In this document: piece after piece, positions 38,701-50,700 of the stretch
How the letters are laid out: each line of letters starts with the position of its first letter
How positions within the stretch are numbered: the first letter of the stretch is position 1
Assembly: GCA_002633005.1 (NCBI GenBank)
Contig: NMRA01000152.1
Coordinates: 702,707-766,706 of the forward strand
Direction of reading: 5' to 3'
From: Phoronis australis
Taxonomy: Eukaryota > Animalia > Phoronida
DNA: 64,000 nucleotides
Program-made: the position numbers and the translations under genes
Notes under the pieces: model-generated
What the model was told of the DNA's origin: nothing
What the model saw: the letters and a program-made list of their open reading frames with translations, nothing else
Databases searched by the model: none

Positions 38701-41700
38701 TTTTCAAATGAAGAATAAACAAACAATAAACAGTTATGCTTTTTGGCCTAATAGAAAAACCCTCCTGAAGAGTTTTGTAGTTGGAAAAAACTTTGTAGAG
38801 TTTCGAGCTCCCAAAACGAACCCTTGTGTAGGGACGGAAAAAGATATTTTCTGTACCAACAACCATTTTTTCACCTGCTCAGGCTTCACGTCTCTCGCAA
38901 ACTGCTTACGCAATTATATTTGGAAACCTGCCCGACGCTCAGCAATGGTCTGTGCCGTCTGTAAACTTGAATTCGCGTGTTTATTTAGGGAACTTGGCAA
39001 AGTTATGCAACAGCCCCTTTCATGTGCAAATCAAATGTGGAGCAGGTGACCGGGACCTGCTAAACAATTGGTCACTCACTTGTTTTGCTGGCGTCCTTAC
39101 TAGGTGTCACGGAGACAGCTTACTACCAACGTTCCGATTTTCTTTGACTAAACACGGCTGCACGATGACAGACGAAAAGAATGATAAAGATTTAAATGGT
39201 GTTAAGAATGTAAGTTTATTTCATCTACGTCATTTTTGAGCTGAGGGTGGCATGCAGTTTTTCCGTAGAATACAAGGATTTCTTTACTGGAAAATACACC
39301 TCTTCATGGGTATTAAGGGCAATTTTAGTTTCTTTAACCATATGAAGTCCCTCGTGTATTTACTTCAGTTTTCGTGAACCTTGAGCTAAAACTGGTCATT
39401 GCCATTCAAACAATGGATCGGCCAGTTTATTAAACACTAGGGATGTAATAATTCTTCTAAGCTCAGATATATCAAACATCTGAGTTCTAAGCTTGCATTG
39501 GGTCACAATTCGGTTTTGAATCTCCAAAGCATCCAAAAGGCGTGGCGCTGGTGATTCATATAATAGATTATCTTATTAAAACCCCGTTATGTACACAAGT
39601 GGACGTTGAAAATATTTTAAAACTGGATTCTTTTTGTCTTTCCAGGGACTGTCTCTGCTTCGTTTCGTATTGCTCATGAATAAAAACTTCCAAAGTGACA
39701 AATTCAATTTCGTCTGGTGGAAAGCTTACTTCGAACGTGACGTGAATTTTGAAAATTAATGAAGTCCTAGAATTATGCCCAAGGTGCATGACTCCCAATA
39801 CGGATCTCTGAGATCTAATGCATAAAGTAATAACTGACGTAAATGATTCATTAGTACTTTGTTCGAAACACGTTTCAAAGGCTTCAGAAAAGAATCTCGG
39901 CGCTTACTTACGATTCCGATGCCACAAAATGAGTACAAATACCTCTGCGTCAAAATGTAAAAGCGTTTATTTTACCTTTGTACTCAAACAAAGCCAATTG
40001 TTTATTGCTTGTTACAGGCTCTTCGTCTGTCAGATTTGTTTGAAATTGAATGACGACGACTTCGAGGCCCTATCTGTTAAACCGCTTGAAGGATCATCGT
40101 AAAATTTAAGGAGCATGTTTCTATTGAGGAGAACGGAATACTGTTATGCTCCGTAAAATCAATTTTGATCCATTGGTGTGTTCACTCTAATGCGTGGAAG
40201 TGTTTGAAAAATGGGCACTCTCCTATCTCTGCCATTTGCGTTGAAAACGTCTTGAATTTAATTATAATAAAAATAGATATTTTCATGACAAAAAGTATGT
40301 TTCAAGATATGGTTAGCATTCAACAACTTAGTCCAAGAGAATTGAAATATTTCGTTAATTTTCATTATATTTCATTTTAAATTTTTAAAACGTTTAATAT
40401 CAAGAAAGTCAAATGCAACCTCAGAGATCGTGTTTTGTTCCAACGTCTCGCAAGATTTGAAAATGGCGAGTTGTTTGCCTGCTTGCGAAAGCTTTACACT
40501 GCGGCTTCTTTCAGCTTGCAAGCCAGCACGGTTGAATTTACTCAAATACGGCGTGTTTGCGAACCCTCCAAATTTCGCGTTATTTGATCTTGCAAATGTA
40601 CACACAGCGTGCATACAAAATGCAGCAAATTTGCCCCCAAGACACGTATTGACATTCTGGGGTTTGGATGACAACACAAACCTCTGTCTAGGTACATTAT
40701 TTCGTGGCAGCATGATTTTATTACGGTGGAATTATGGCATCACCTTTAAAATTGATATCATTATTATAAGTGTGAACGCGGTTGCGTAAAATTAATCCGC
40801 CGACAACACGCGTGATATCTCGACGAGTTAATGAGCTTTTCGTCAATGTTTGTGACGTGATGCCACGCCCAAACACCAATGGGCACCTAAGACAAAACTC
40901 TCACCGGAAACTTGTTTTGATAAGGTGGTACTAGTTTTTACATTGTTGCGAAGCTGAAGCCAAAGTGGCTACCTAAGGGTGCCACTTCGCGAAATACCAA
41001 ATGTATTTTTCCGATTGCTACTCGATGATTTCAGTTATTCACTATTCTTTTTGATAACCTTTATCAGATACCACAGCAGAGCATCAATTGTACTGTAAAC
41101 CATAACGAAATAATCTGCTCCAGTGACATTGTTAGCAGTGGGCGTGCATGATGATCACAACCAGTGTTTGTCACCTGAACTGTAACACACAGTTGAACCC
41201 TGCTGCCGTGCTAATCATTTTTTGCATTAATAGATTAGATTGCCGTCTAGGTCACTACGATGCCAATAAAGTTTTACTGTCGCATACTGAATTGCAATGC
41301 AGAAATCAGCAAATTTGAAAAACCCGAATTGTATTTAAAATTGCTTTTTCTTGACTAACACAACTCGGAAGTGAAAATTAGGCCAATCACACAATGTTTT
41401 TCACCTCCAGTGAAGAGAGTTGAATCCGGGATGTGTATTGCAGTAGGGCCATTACGAACTAAGCAAATTTTGGTCGATCGAATACACATTATGCATTCTC
41501 TTGCCTTGGACATGCTCTAGTTTATTGACGTTATCCTTCAGGGAATTGACATCGACGCCCAACCTCTTGATGATGAGGAGGACCGTGGGAACTGGGGAAG
41601 CAAGGTTGACTTCCTCTTGTCCTGTATCGGGTTCGCTGTGGGACTTGGAAACGTGTGGAGGTTCCCTTACCTATGCTACAGGAATGGAGGAGGTAAGCTT

Positions 41701-44700
41701 GTTGACAGAGATTTCAAAAGAGTCTGTTCTAGATCCATGTCTGAGTACCCTTCGACAATTTTTTTATACTGCTTCAGGCGCGATTATATTCGAAGAGCTT
41801 GAGGCTCACAAAGTTGCTTATCATGGTAGGTTAGCACGGGTTAGTTTCTGTCGTCGCAGACCAGCCTCCACGGGAATACGGGAGAACTTGTTCAAACCAG
41901 TTTCAAACAAAGAATAAGAACGACAATTTTGCGTTGTAAGAACAAACGCACACCGTATAGAGAGTAAGTGTTTTAAACGCGAGAGCATGGGATACATATT
42001 ACATACCGATCAGACCCTGAGTTCAGTGGACAGTGTCGAAGTCCTTTTATGAGTACGTTATGGTGTCTGGTTATTAAGGTTATGTGAGGCACAATAACAA
42101 TAAAATTATCTAAATTTGGCTAACTGACGAACATCATATCCCACAAATGGGTGATCGGGTTCAACTGAAACTTTCATATAAAATGCCTTATGCACGGTTC
42201 TCTAAAAGACTTTTTAGGAAATGTTTTTAAAACGTTCCATTTTAACTCGAGGGGCTATCAAAACGTGACTTTTATGATAAGATGTACAAAACAACCTAAG
42301 ACATATTTTAGAAAAATGCAATTTTTTAGAGATATCATTTTTGTCGCATAAATTTTAATCATGTTATTGATACCATTGTTTTTTTCTGTCAATGCACCTT
42401 CTTTTTCTTGCCTAAATTTTGCTAGAGACATAGTCACGTGGCCTATTTAGTGACAGATTTATAAAAATTCAAAAATCAAATGCTACAAGGTTTTTGCTTT
42501 CACGTTAAAATCTATGGTTTTTGAGACATTTAGTTAAATACGCGTACTGGTCAATACTGGTCCTAAAGAACCTTTAAAAAGTAACTTGTGAAGTTTTTCC
42601 AAAAAGGTGCCAAAGTCACGTGTTATGGTTAGGTCTAGTAAGCAATTATTTGTGGTTTTATGGGAAATAAATACTTGGTTCATGGGGTTTTGAAACCGAC
42701 TGTCTCTTAGCTGGAAAGTCTCAAGGAGGTTTTGTGTTTAATGAAGCGTGTTTTTGTTGTCAGGCGCCTTCCTTATTCCGTACACCATTATGTTGCTCTT
42801 CGCTGGTCTACCTCTGTTCTTTATGGAGTTGTCGTTAGGGCAGTTCGCTTCTCTGGGGTGCATCACCGTCTGGAAGATAAGCCCCGTGTTCAAAGGTAAG
42901 TAAGCCTTGCTACGGGCTAGGTATGTTCCAATTTATTATTGTCAGATGAATGCAAAGGATTCTCTGTGTTTGCTAAATGCGAGAAAAGATAGTTATGTGA
43001 TACCTGACACTTGAGTTATGTTCATAACTCATTACTCATTTCATGTTCAGCGGCACAACGAAAATGATATTGTGATACGAGTAGTCTTCGTTTTTGCGGT
43101 GCGTTCTCGCATTGTTAATTCACACTGACATGTTGCGTGAAACTACATTATGCGACCAGGTGCATGTTCAGTGATAGTGCGATGTCACGGTAGCTTTAAT
43201 AACGACTTACAAGCGAGCCTTACTCTCATGATTTCACACTAATAGTCATGGTCAACCTCTTCAATGTTATACATCTAGGCTTCGGAATGACCATCATCGG
43301 AGATAACGTCGTCCTTTAAACTGGCCATCGTACGTACCAGTCTGGCCTATGCCACATTTGTGACCAGTACGATTGTGTCGATCTATACTGACCGTCAGTA
43401 TAGTACGCGAGATGGGCCATCTCGCGTACCTTTTAATTCCAAGTCTATACTATGCCGCGATCATCATCAGTGTGTTAGTGTCGATCTATAAACCTACAAT
43501 CACGCCGATTCACGCGTATATTTTATTCCAGGTCTGGGCTACGCCATGATCATCATCAGTGCGCTAGTCTCGATCTATTACAACATGATCATCACGTATA
43601 CGCTCTTCTACATGTTCTCGTCATTCAATTCTGAAGTTCCCTGGCAAACGTGTAACAACACGTGGAACACTGTCAACTGCGTCGAACGAAAAGCCAACAA
43701 TAACAGTGAGTGCCTGGATACATGACTGTTGATTTTGAAAACGTAATGGTTTTCAACCTCGAAATGTGGTCCATTTAACCTCCTCAAAATTTGTAAATGT
43801 GAGCAAATTTAATGTATTTACTTTCGGGATCAGTGTTGTTTGCACACACGTGTAAAAGACTGGGTGTTCGTGAAGCTTTTGCGTGGCAGCCTACGCCCAT
43901 TTTCGAAAGGAGTAGTGCTATTGGTAGATTTCTTGTCTCTTGGAAAGCGGAACTTCCCTATCACGTAGCCACTCGATTGTAAGTCGTGGAAAATTTAGAT
44001 AGAAGAAAAAATGACGAGAGTTGATAATACCATTTGCTTACCCTAAATTCGAGGTGCGCTTGTAGGACCCGTATTTGCTTTTACTTGTCAAACAAATTTA
44101 CTTTTACGCCACTTCTGACCGTAGCGCAAATTTACTTTTGTCATTTTTTCATAGGTGCATTCGCGGTCTCGCCTGAAAAATACACAGCATCAATAAAATA
44201 ATTGTCATGTGCAACGTTTTTCTTCGTGCAAATTGGTCTATGGGGGTTGCGAAATTTGGATGGTTTTGTTTTCTTCAGGTAGGATTGGCGCAGTACATTT
44301 AAACTAGAGAAGGATTCTGGTGAACAGTTGAAGACAACCAAATCTGAAAACACGAAGGCAGTTTTCAGATTTTTGTCATCCCAACCTGTACCCAAAAGTC
44401 GCATGACAAGGCAATGCTGACGAATAGTCTTTTGGAGTACATGTAACTCCATGTACAAGAATTATGTTAATGACATAATGATGTTAACTTTCGGTATACT
44501 GAAAGATTGCACAGAGAAAAAGTTATTAAGTGTATCCTTAAATATCTTCAATACGGCAGTTTTACCTCTAAATAGTTCTTCGAATGGCTATTTCCGACAA
44601 GTCAATAAAGCTGATTAATTCCCGTCAATCAGGATTCGGGGACATGTGAACACAACAATAGTTCGCCATTTTTGTCCCACGAACATTGGTTGCTAACGAA

Positions 44701-47700
44701 AGCGTACACTGGAGGTCAATGTTATACTGAGATCGAACGAGAAAAATTACCTGCCTCTGATAACAGCATGTAATAGATGAATAAACGTCAGTATAAAAAG
44801 CACACAGTGAACGAAATTCACCGTCATAATGTGTCACAAACATTTACCACTTCATTCCATTTTCTTGAATAGAATGTAATGTGACATCGTCAAGAACCCC
44901 AAAACGCCTTTTTATTCCTAAGCTATACCATCAGCAGATACTAAAATAACTTTTAAATGCAACCAACTTGCGTGGAGGCAGTTTTTCTTACCATCATTTA
45001 TATTATAAAATAGTTTACATGAGCACCAAATATTGTCACCTATCCGCTTTGGTAATGCAGATCTATATGATACCACTTTCAGTGACATGTGACCAAAATA
45101 CATCGTAGAGAATCTGCAGCTCAGTGCTGTAGTACGCTTTCAAAAGTCTTCCGCCATATTGGCTTTGTGTTTGTGGGACCACAGCAACTATAACTGTGGT
45201 GGGCGAGGCCTGACTGCATTTGTCTATCCGTGCAGTAGACTGCTGTACCTTCCCTGGAAAAAAGTAGGCTTGGAAACAATTCTTGTTGTTGAATATTGAA
45301 TTCAGCTAGCTGAAATCCACCGATCGTTTCTTGTGGTTCTCAAAATGATATAAAATAACACTCAGTCGGAATATGAGTAAGTTGGTTACATGACTGATGA
45401 CTAGAGGGCGCTGTTAGTTGCTATTCTGTAATTAAATGTTGACCAGACGTATTTTATGTCATCGTGGGTTCAGTATCTATAAACATACCGACATGTTGAA
45501 TAGCAATTCCGAAAATAAGTGTTTTGTATTGTTTAAGAGGCATGGTACGCGAAAGCTCGTCAAAGTATCTTTAGACAATTCCTGACGAAAGTACCATCGC
45601 GCTAAGTCTACTAAAGAGTAATTCACTTTTTCCTGGGAGGAAATTTCCAGATAAAAATCACAAAATTAACGATTTTTGAGATGCGCTCGAAGGAAAAAGT
45701 CCGTGGTTACCACAGAACTTCTAATCTCCTCCCACTCATGATAAGTGCGCACATGCGCTCAGTCAGTTGTTCGAAGTCGCTTGAGGTCAAAGGTCACATT
45801 TTCCATATAAGGGAAATGTGCTACGTCTTTTTCTTGCCGTACCAAATAAGGAGACGTGCTTTGCCTAGTGGTAGAAAAATCGACGAAGTGGTGAGCAGTT
45901 GACAGATCGTTTTTTGATATTTGAATGGTTTGATATCAGCAGAAATTAAAAATCTTTACGAACACTGGCAAACCCTAAAATACCTGGTTGGATTCTGTTT
46001 TAGTGGCAGAGAACCACTTTCAATATTGAAACTTAGTCTATTTATCGCGTTCCAGAACTCATTAAGTGTTCATTTAATTTCAGTCACGTGGTGCAGCGTC
46101 GAAAAAAAGATTACGGAAAATTGCCAGAACGTAACTATCAATCCAAACGCGACAACACCAGCCCAGGAATACTTTGAGTAAGTTCATGAACTTTTATCGC
46201 CATTTTCTTACAGTCAATTACGGCAAGGTATTACTTAAGCGATCCACTAACAAAACCTCGCTATGACTGGGTGTGACTGTATAAATACGGCTACATAAAC
46301 GAAGAACTGCACTGTGGGTATACATTGTACATTCACCATTCGTTTCGAAATATCAAAATTAAATGGGTATCCACTGATAATTGTAGTAAAGCTACTACAT
46401 ACATACGTAGGCCTGCTAGATAAGGTCATGTATAGAGCCATGATATCGCTCGTATGAATGCTTAAGCGTGAAAATATTGTTAAGCAGAATGTGTAAAAGT
46501 CCTAACGACAAATTTTTAGTAAGATACCAGCGCTAACCCCTGTGCGCGTGAGCAGAAGTTGTGCGCACAAGAAAAGGCAGCAAAATGCATTTAGGCACAG
46601 TGCCTGCGTAAGTCATGTAAACTGTAAGCCGACGGCAATTTTACATTTTGTTGATGCTCCTTGGGGGGGTGGGGGGGAGTGCTTCCCCTGACCCTACCAA
46701 ATGCAGCCATGGATCCCGAGGACAATATATACCGAAGAAGCGCCAAGGTCGAGGTTCTTCATAGAATCTGTCAATGTTTGATCGGCTAAACAGGAATAAA
46801 ACGTATGGATTCGAACGTCACTTTTAGCGCGATCGGTTGCCGTCGTTCGACATCACCTCACAACTTAAGCCTTCGTCCGCTGCGTTCTCCATGGAGACGA
46901 AGACAGAAAGAAAACCTGTCGGAGGTCCATCCACTGTGCGCCTATGGTTTCTGCCAAGAATTCTTACTGAGAGAATTCTTACTGGTCGTGTTATCGTACA
47001 ATTTTAAACTTTACGTTAGCGGAAATGGTTGACCGCTCTTCGACGTCATTATTGACAACTGGCGCATGTTTATTACAGTCACGGTGTCCTGGCGCTGTCG
47101 TCTGGCATTGAAGAGATGGGATATCCAAGATGGCAGCTTGTTCTTACTCTTCTCTTTGCCTGGATCATCATTTTCTTGTGTCTGTTCAAAGGAGTTAAAT
47201 CTTCCGGAAAGGTAAACATGACAAGGAATACGTCTGTCTTATGTTGATGTCGTGTCTTAGGAATGATAAAATTAACTTGTCACTCGTTTCTCTCAACAAC
47301 ATTTTAGGGTCCGTACACAGAATATATGCATCACAGAGATGACATCACCTTTGAGATACTTCTTTAGCTTTATGCTGGATAAAAACTAATCTAATGCAAA
47401 GCGGTAAAGCGCAGACGTATTTCCACATGACAGTGTTTCATAATGCTATAAAAGTTTCTTTTCAATATAAACAGTATTTACTACAAAATTAATAAAGTTT
47501 TTTAATTTCTGGTGGTGCATTTCGAAATGACCAAACTTCACTTTTCATAATCTTAAGAAAATTGATATAGAAACCTAAATTGCAATACCGTGACGAAATT
47601 CATGAAGTGTTTGCAATCATGTAGTGTTCTAAGCTGTGGAAAACAAAAGTATATCACGTGGAGTCACTGTTCTATAACCTTCTATTGCAGGTTGTTTACT

Positions 47701-50700
47701 TCACGGCTACATTTCCTTACGTGGTGTTGATCATTCTGTTGATTCGCGGGGCAACGCTAAGGGGCGCTTACGATGGTATTATGTTCTACATCACGCCCCA
47801 GTGGGACAAGCTGTTGACCGCAAAGGCAAGACGCATTGAATGATCTTTTCGCTTCTCCGCAATAAATTAATAACTGGTTCCAGTACGAGAATTCTAGAAG
47901 GTCTTGGGATCTTGCTGACATTATTACGATATATTTTCCTGGTCACTATCAGAGGCATGCAAAGACCTAGATATGAAGGGTTGCAAGGATTTTACAAATT
48001 TGTTCAAGTAATATCCTTAGCAGTCACACACGACAGAACCCTGTTTTAAATGAGAAGGCAGAGGCAATCGTGGCGGCGTCCTTTTTTGATATGAATTATG
48101 TCTACGAAGCAACAGACCGAATGAACTATCAGTTTGTAGGTTTGCTCTTGTCGAGTTGAAGAATTTCTCTTCGTCTTTATAGTGTTATAGATCTACTTGA
48201 GAAATGGAATTTTGTTCACCTCTTTTAGGTATGGGGAGACGCGGCTGTTCAAATTTTCTACTCTCTTGGACCCGCTTGGGGTGGACTGATTACCATGGCC
48301 AGTTATAACCAGTTTAAGAACAATTGCTATAGGTAAGGTGAAGCAGAGCTTATATCTAAGTAAAGCGCCATTTCATTAGAAGCAGATCCTTTGCTGCAAT
48401 AATTGGTGTATAGATAAGGCGCCTTATTATTTGAAGCATATATTTCTTGCTAATAATTGCTACCAGTGGTGTAGTGGGGTGTAGGCGCACGTAGGTGCAG
48501 CCAACCACCTTTTGGCATTTGAACGTAGTGCCTACGCACCGTAAGTTACGTTACCTCTAATTTTACCTCTACAACACTGATTGGTACAAGCACTGCACCA
48601 TTCAGGCGTTGGTACAAAACGACCAAATATTCTTAAAACGTATTTTGCACCCAGTTGACGTTCCACATTGTAACGGAGACTCCTTTCAAAATGACACTCG
48701 AGCAGTGTAGATTTAAATGAAAACTGTTCAAAACTCCAGCTTTAAGCCGTCACCATTCAATGTTACAGAGACGCCATTATCGTCGCCATCACCAACTGTG
48801 CCACCAGTGTCTTCGCAGGTTTTGTCATTTTCTGCATGATCGGCTACATGTCAGCCTACACGGGTTTGCCAATAGCCAACGTCACCACCAGTGGTAAGCT
48901 ATCGCTAAAAAGATTATGTCCTGTTCCCGGTAAATCATTTTTATGAAGGGGCAAACGTAGTCAATTAATATACGCTTTCACGAAGCAATGAAGTCGATTG
49001 ATCACCTGGGTACGACTGCTCACAGCTAACTTGGAGCCGACGAGAGGACAAGTTCTTGCACATTCAGAACGTCGGAACACACCCCCTCCCTATATCCCGA
49101 ACGGTATTTTTCGTCGAGTCATATGTGTTTCCCAATGTGAAGAACAGAAGTTACCTCTTCGCAACCAGGTTGCTTTGAGTCATTGGTTCCACGTCAGGAG
49201 TAGCCATTGCTTCGTGAGTCTCAAATTTACCGCGGAATATTACATCCGTATGACCGCAGCGGAATCGACTTACTGAACTCGGTGGAGTTTCAGTAAACAC
49301 CAATTGTCCTGTTTCCGAAATTTTGAAATAGTGTCCAGTGTACAGTAAAGACGCAACACTTTGGCTAAAACTGTTGGCACCGCACAATTTAAAGTTTCAA
49401 GCCATTTGATGACATTATCAGTGACGGTTTTAGAAGGGTCAAGCGGGCGATGGCTCCCCTAAAATTCTCCCAGATTCCATTTAGAATTTCGGGGGTGCGA
49501 ATGTTTGAGGGGTAAAAATCATGGTTAACACTCTCTGCCCTGGCCCCCCTTACTCAAAATCCTGGATCCGTCCCTGATTATAGGCGAGAAAATGTTGAGA
49601 TGATCCTCAGCGCGTATTTGAATCTGCCAAGGATGTTGTCGCCGCCTAGCGCTCTCTTGGTGAAGATACAGTAAGTGCCACTCAATAAATGGCAGAGTAT
49701 TTTAACCGCGTTTAACTTGTAAAGTCTACAGCCTTGAAATCAGAAAAAAATAGTCTTTTAAGCATCCACTGCTTTTTATCGTAGCCTTTGTGAAACGATT
49801 CATCAACAATACCTCTTTCCATGCAGGACCCGGTTTAGCGTTCGTTGCCTACCCGGAGGGTATAGCCAACATGCCTATTGCGCCATTGTGGTCTATACTG
49901 TTCTTCTTCATGCTGTTTACTCTCGGTTTAGACAGCCAGGTGAGTAAAAGCTACTTTGATACCCAGGGTGAATACGTAATATCATTCTAGTTCTACCGCG
50001 GATACCAGCGAATATAAAATGGCGCCAAGAATGACATTCCAATTGTGAATCAATGTGTTTTAGGTCAAATTATGGTAGTTTTGGCCATTAAAAAGCAAAT
50101 TTCTTGACTTTATAGGAGCGCGGGTCAGTTTCAGAAAGTTGTTTACCACAAATTTTACGTACAGATAATTGACTGACGAAGAGTGGGACCGGAAACTCAC
50201 GATTATCAAATCTTGTTCGACTACAATAGGCTGCAACAAGCTCAATGATATAATTTCTGACAACCAGAAAGTTAGTTTAAAATAATTCACTTTCACATTA
50301 ACAACTTGTTTCTGAATATGTGTCTATTTGTTCCCAAAGTTCGTCATGTGCGAGACATTCCTGAGTGGCATTGAGGATGAGTGGCCCCACCTGTTCCGCG
50401 GCACCAAGAGAAAGGTCTTGTTTGTTGGAGGATTTTGTTTCATCATGTTCGTCTTGGGAATTCCTTTGTGTTGCCCGGTAGGTGTCGCTTGAACCCAACA
50501 TCAATACTATGGTCCGTTTCTTGAGAGTGATTTAAAACTTAAGACAGAAATATAATCTTACGCAGCTCCCACTTCAAATTGCCGAATACAGGCGTGCGTT
50601 CAGTAGACGCTAGGACCTACCTAAAACCTAGTCAAAGTCACGTGTTCTCATTTAAAATGCACGGCAATATCTCACGTAATCTCGGCGAAGTCTTGCTTTT

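Noticed and set aside
33488-40789. 60-146 aa ORFs in SLC6 intron 1 as nested genes
   Set aside because: No recognisable motifs, many have non-ATG starts, and they overlap on both strands as expected by chance.
45398-45416. CTCF-like ACTAGAGGGCGCTG, and YY1-like GCCGCCATCTTG near 58988
   Set aside because: Single short motifs without conservation or chromatin data cannot be supported as functional.
46805-47032. ORF as the missing EL2 exon of the SLC6 gene
   Set aside because: It lacks the TP..EYF motif; 46084-46177 fits both splice phase and homology.
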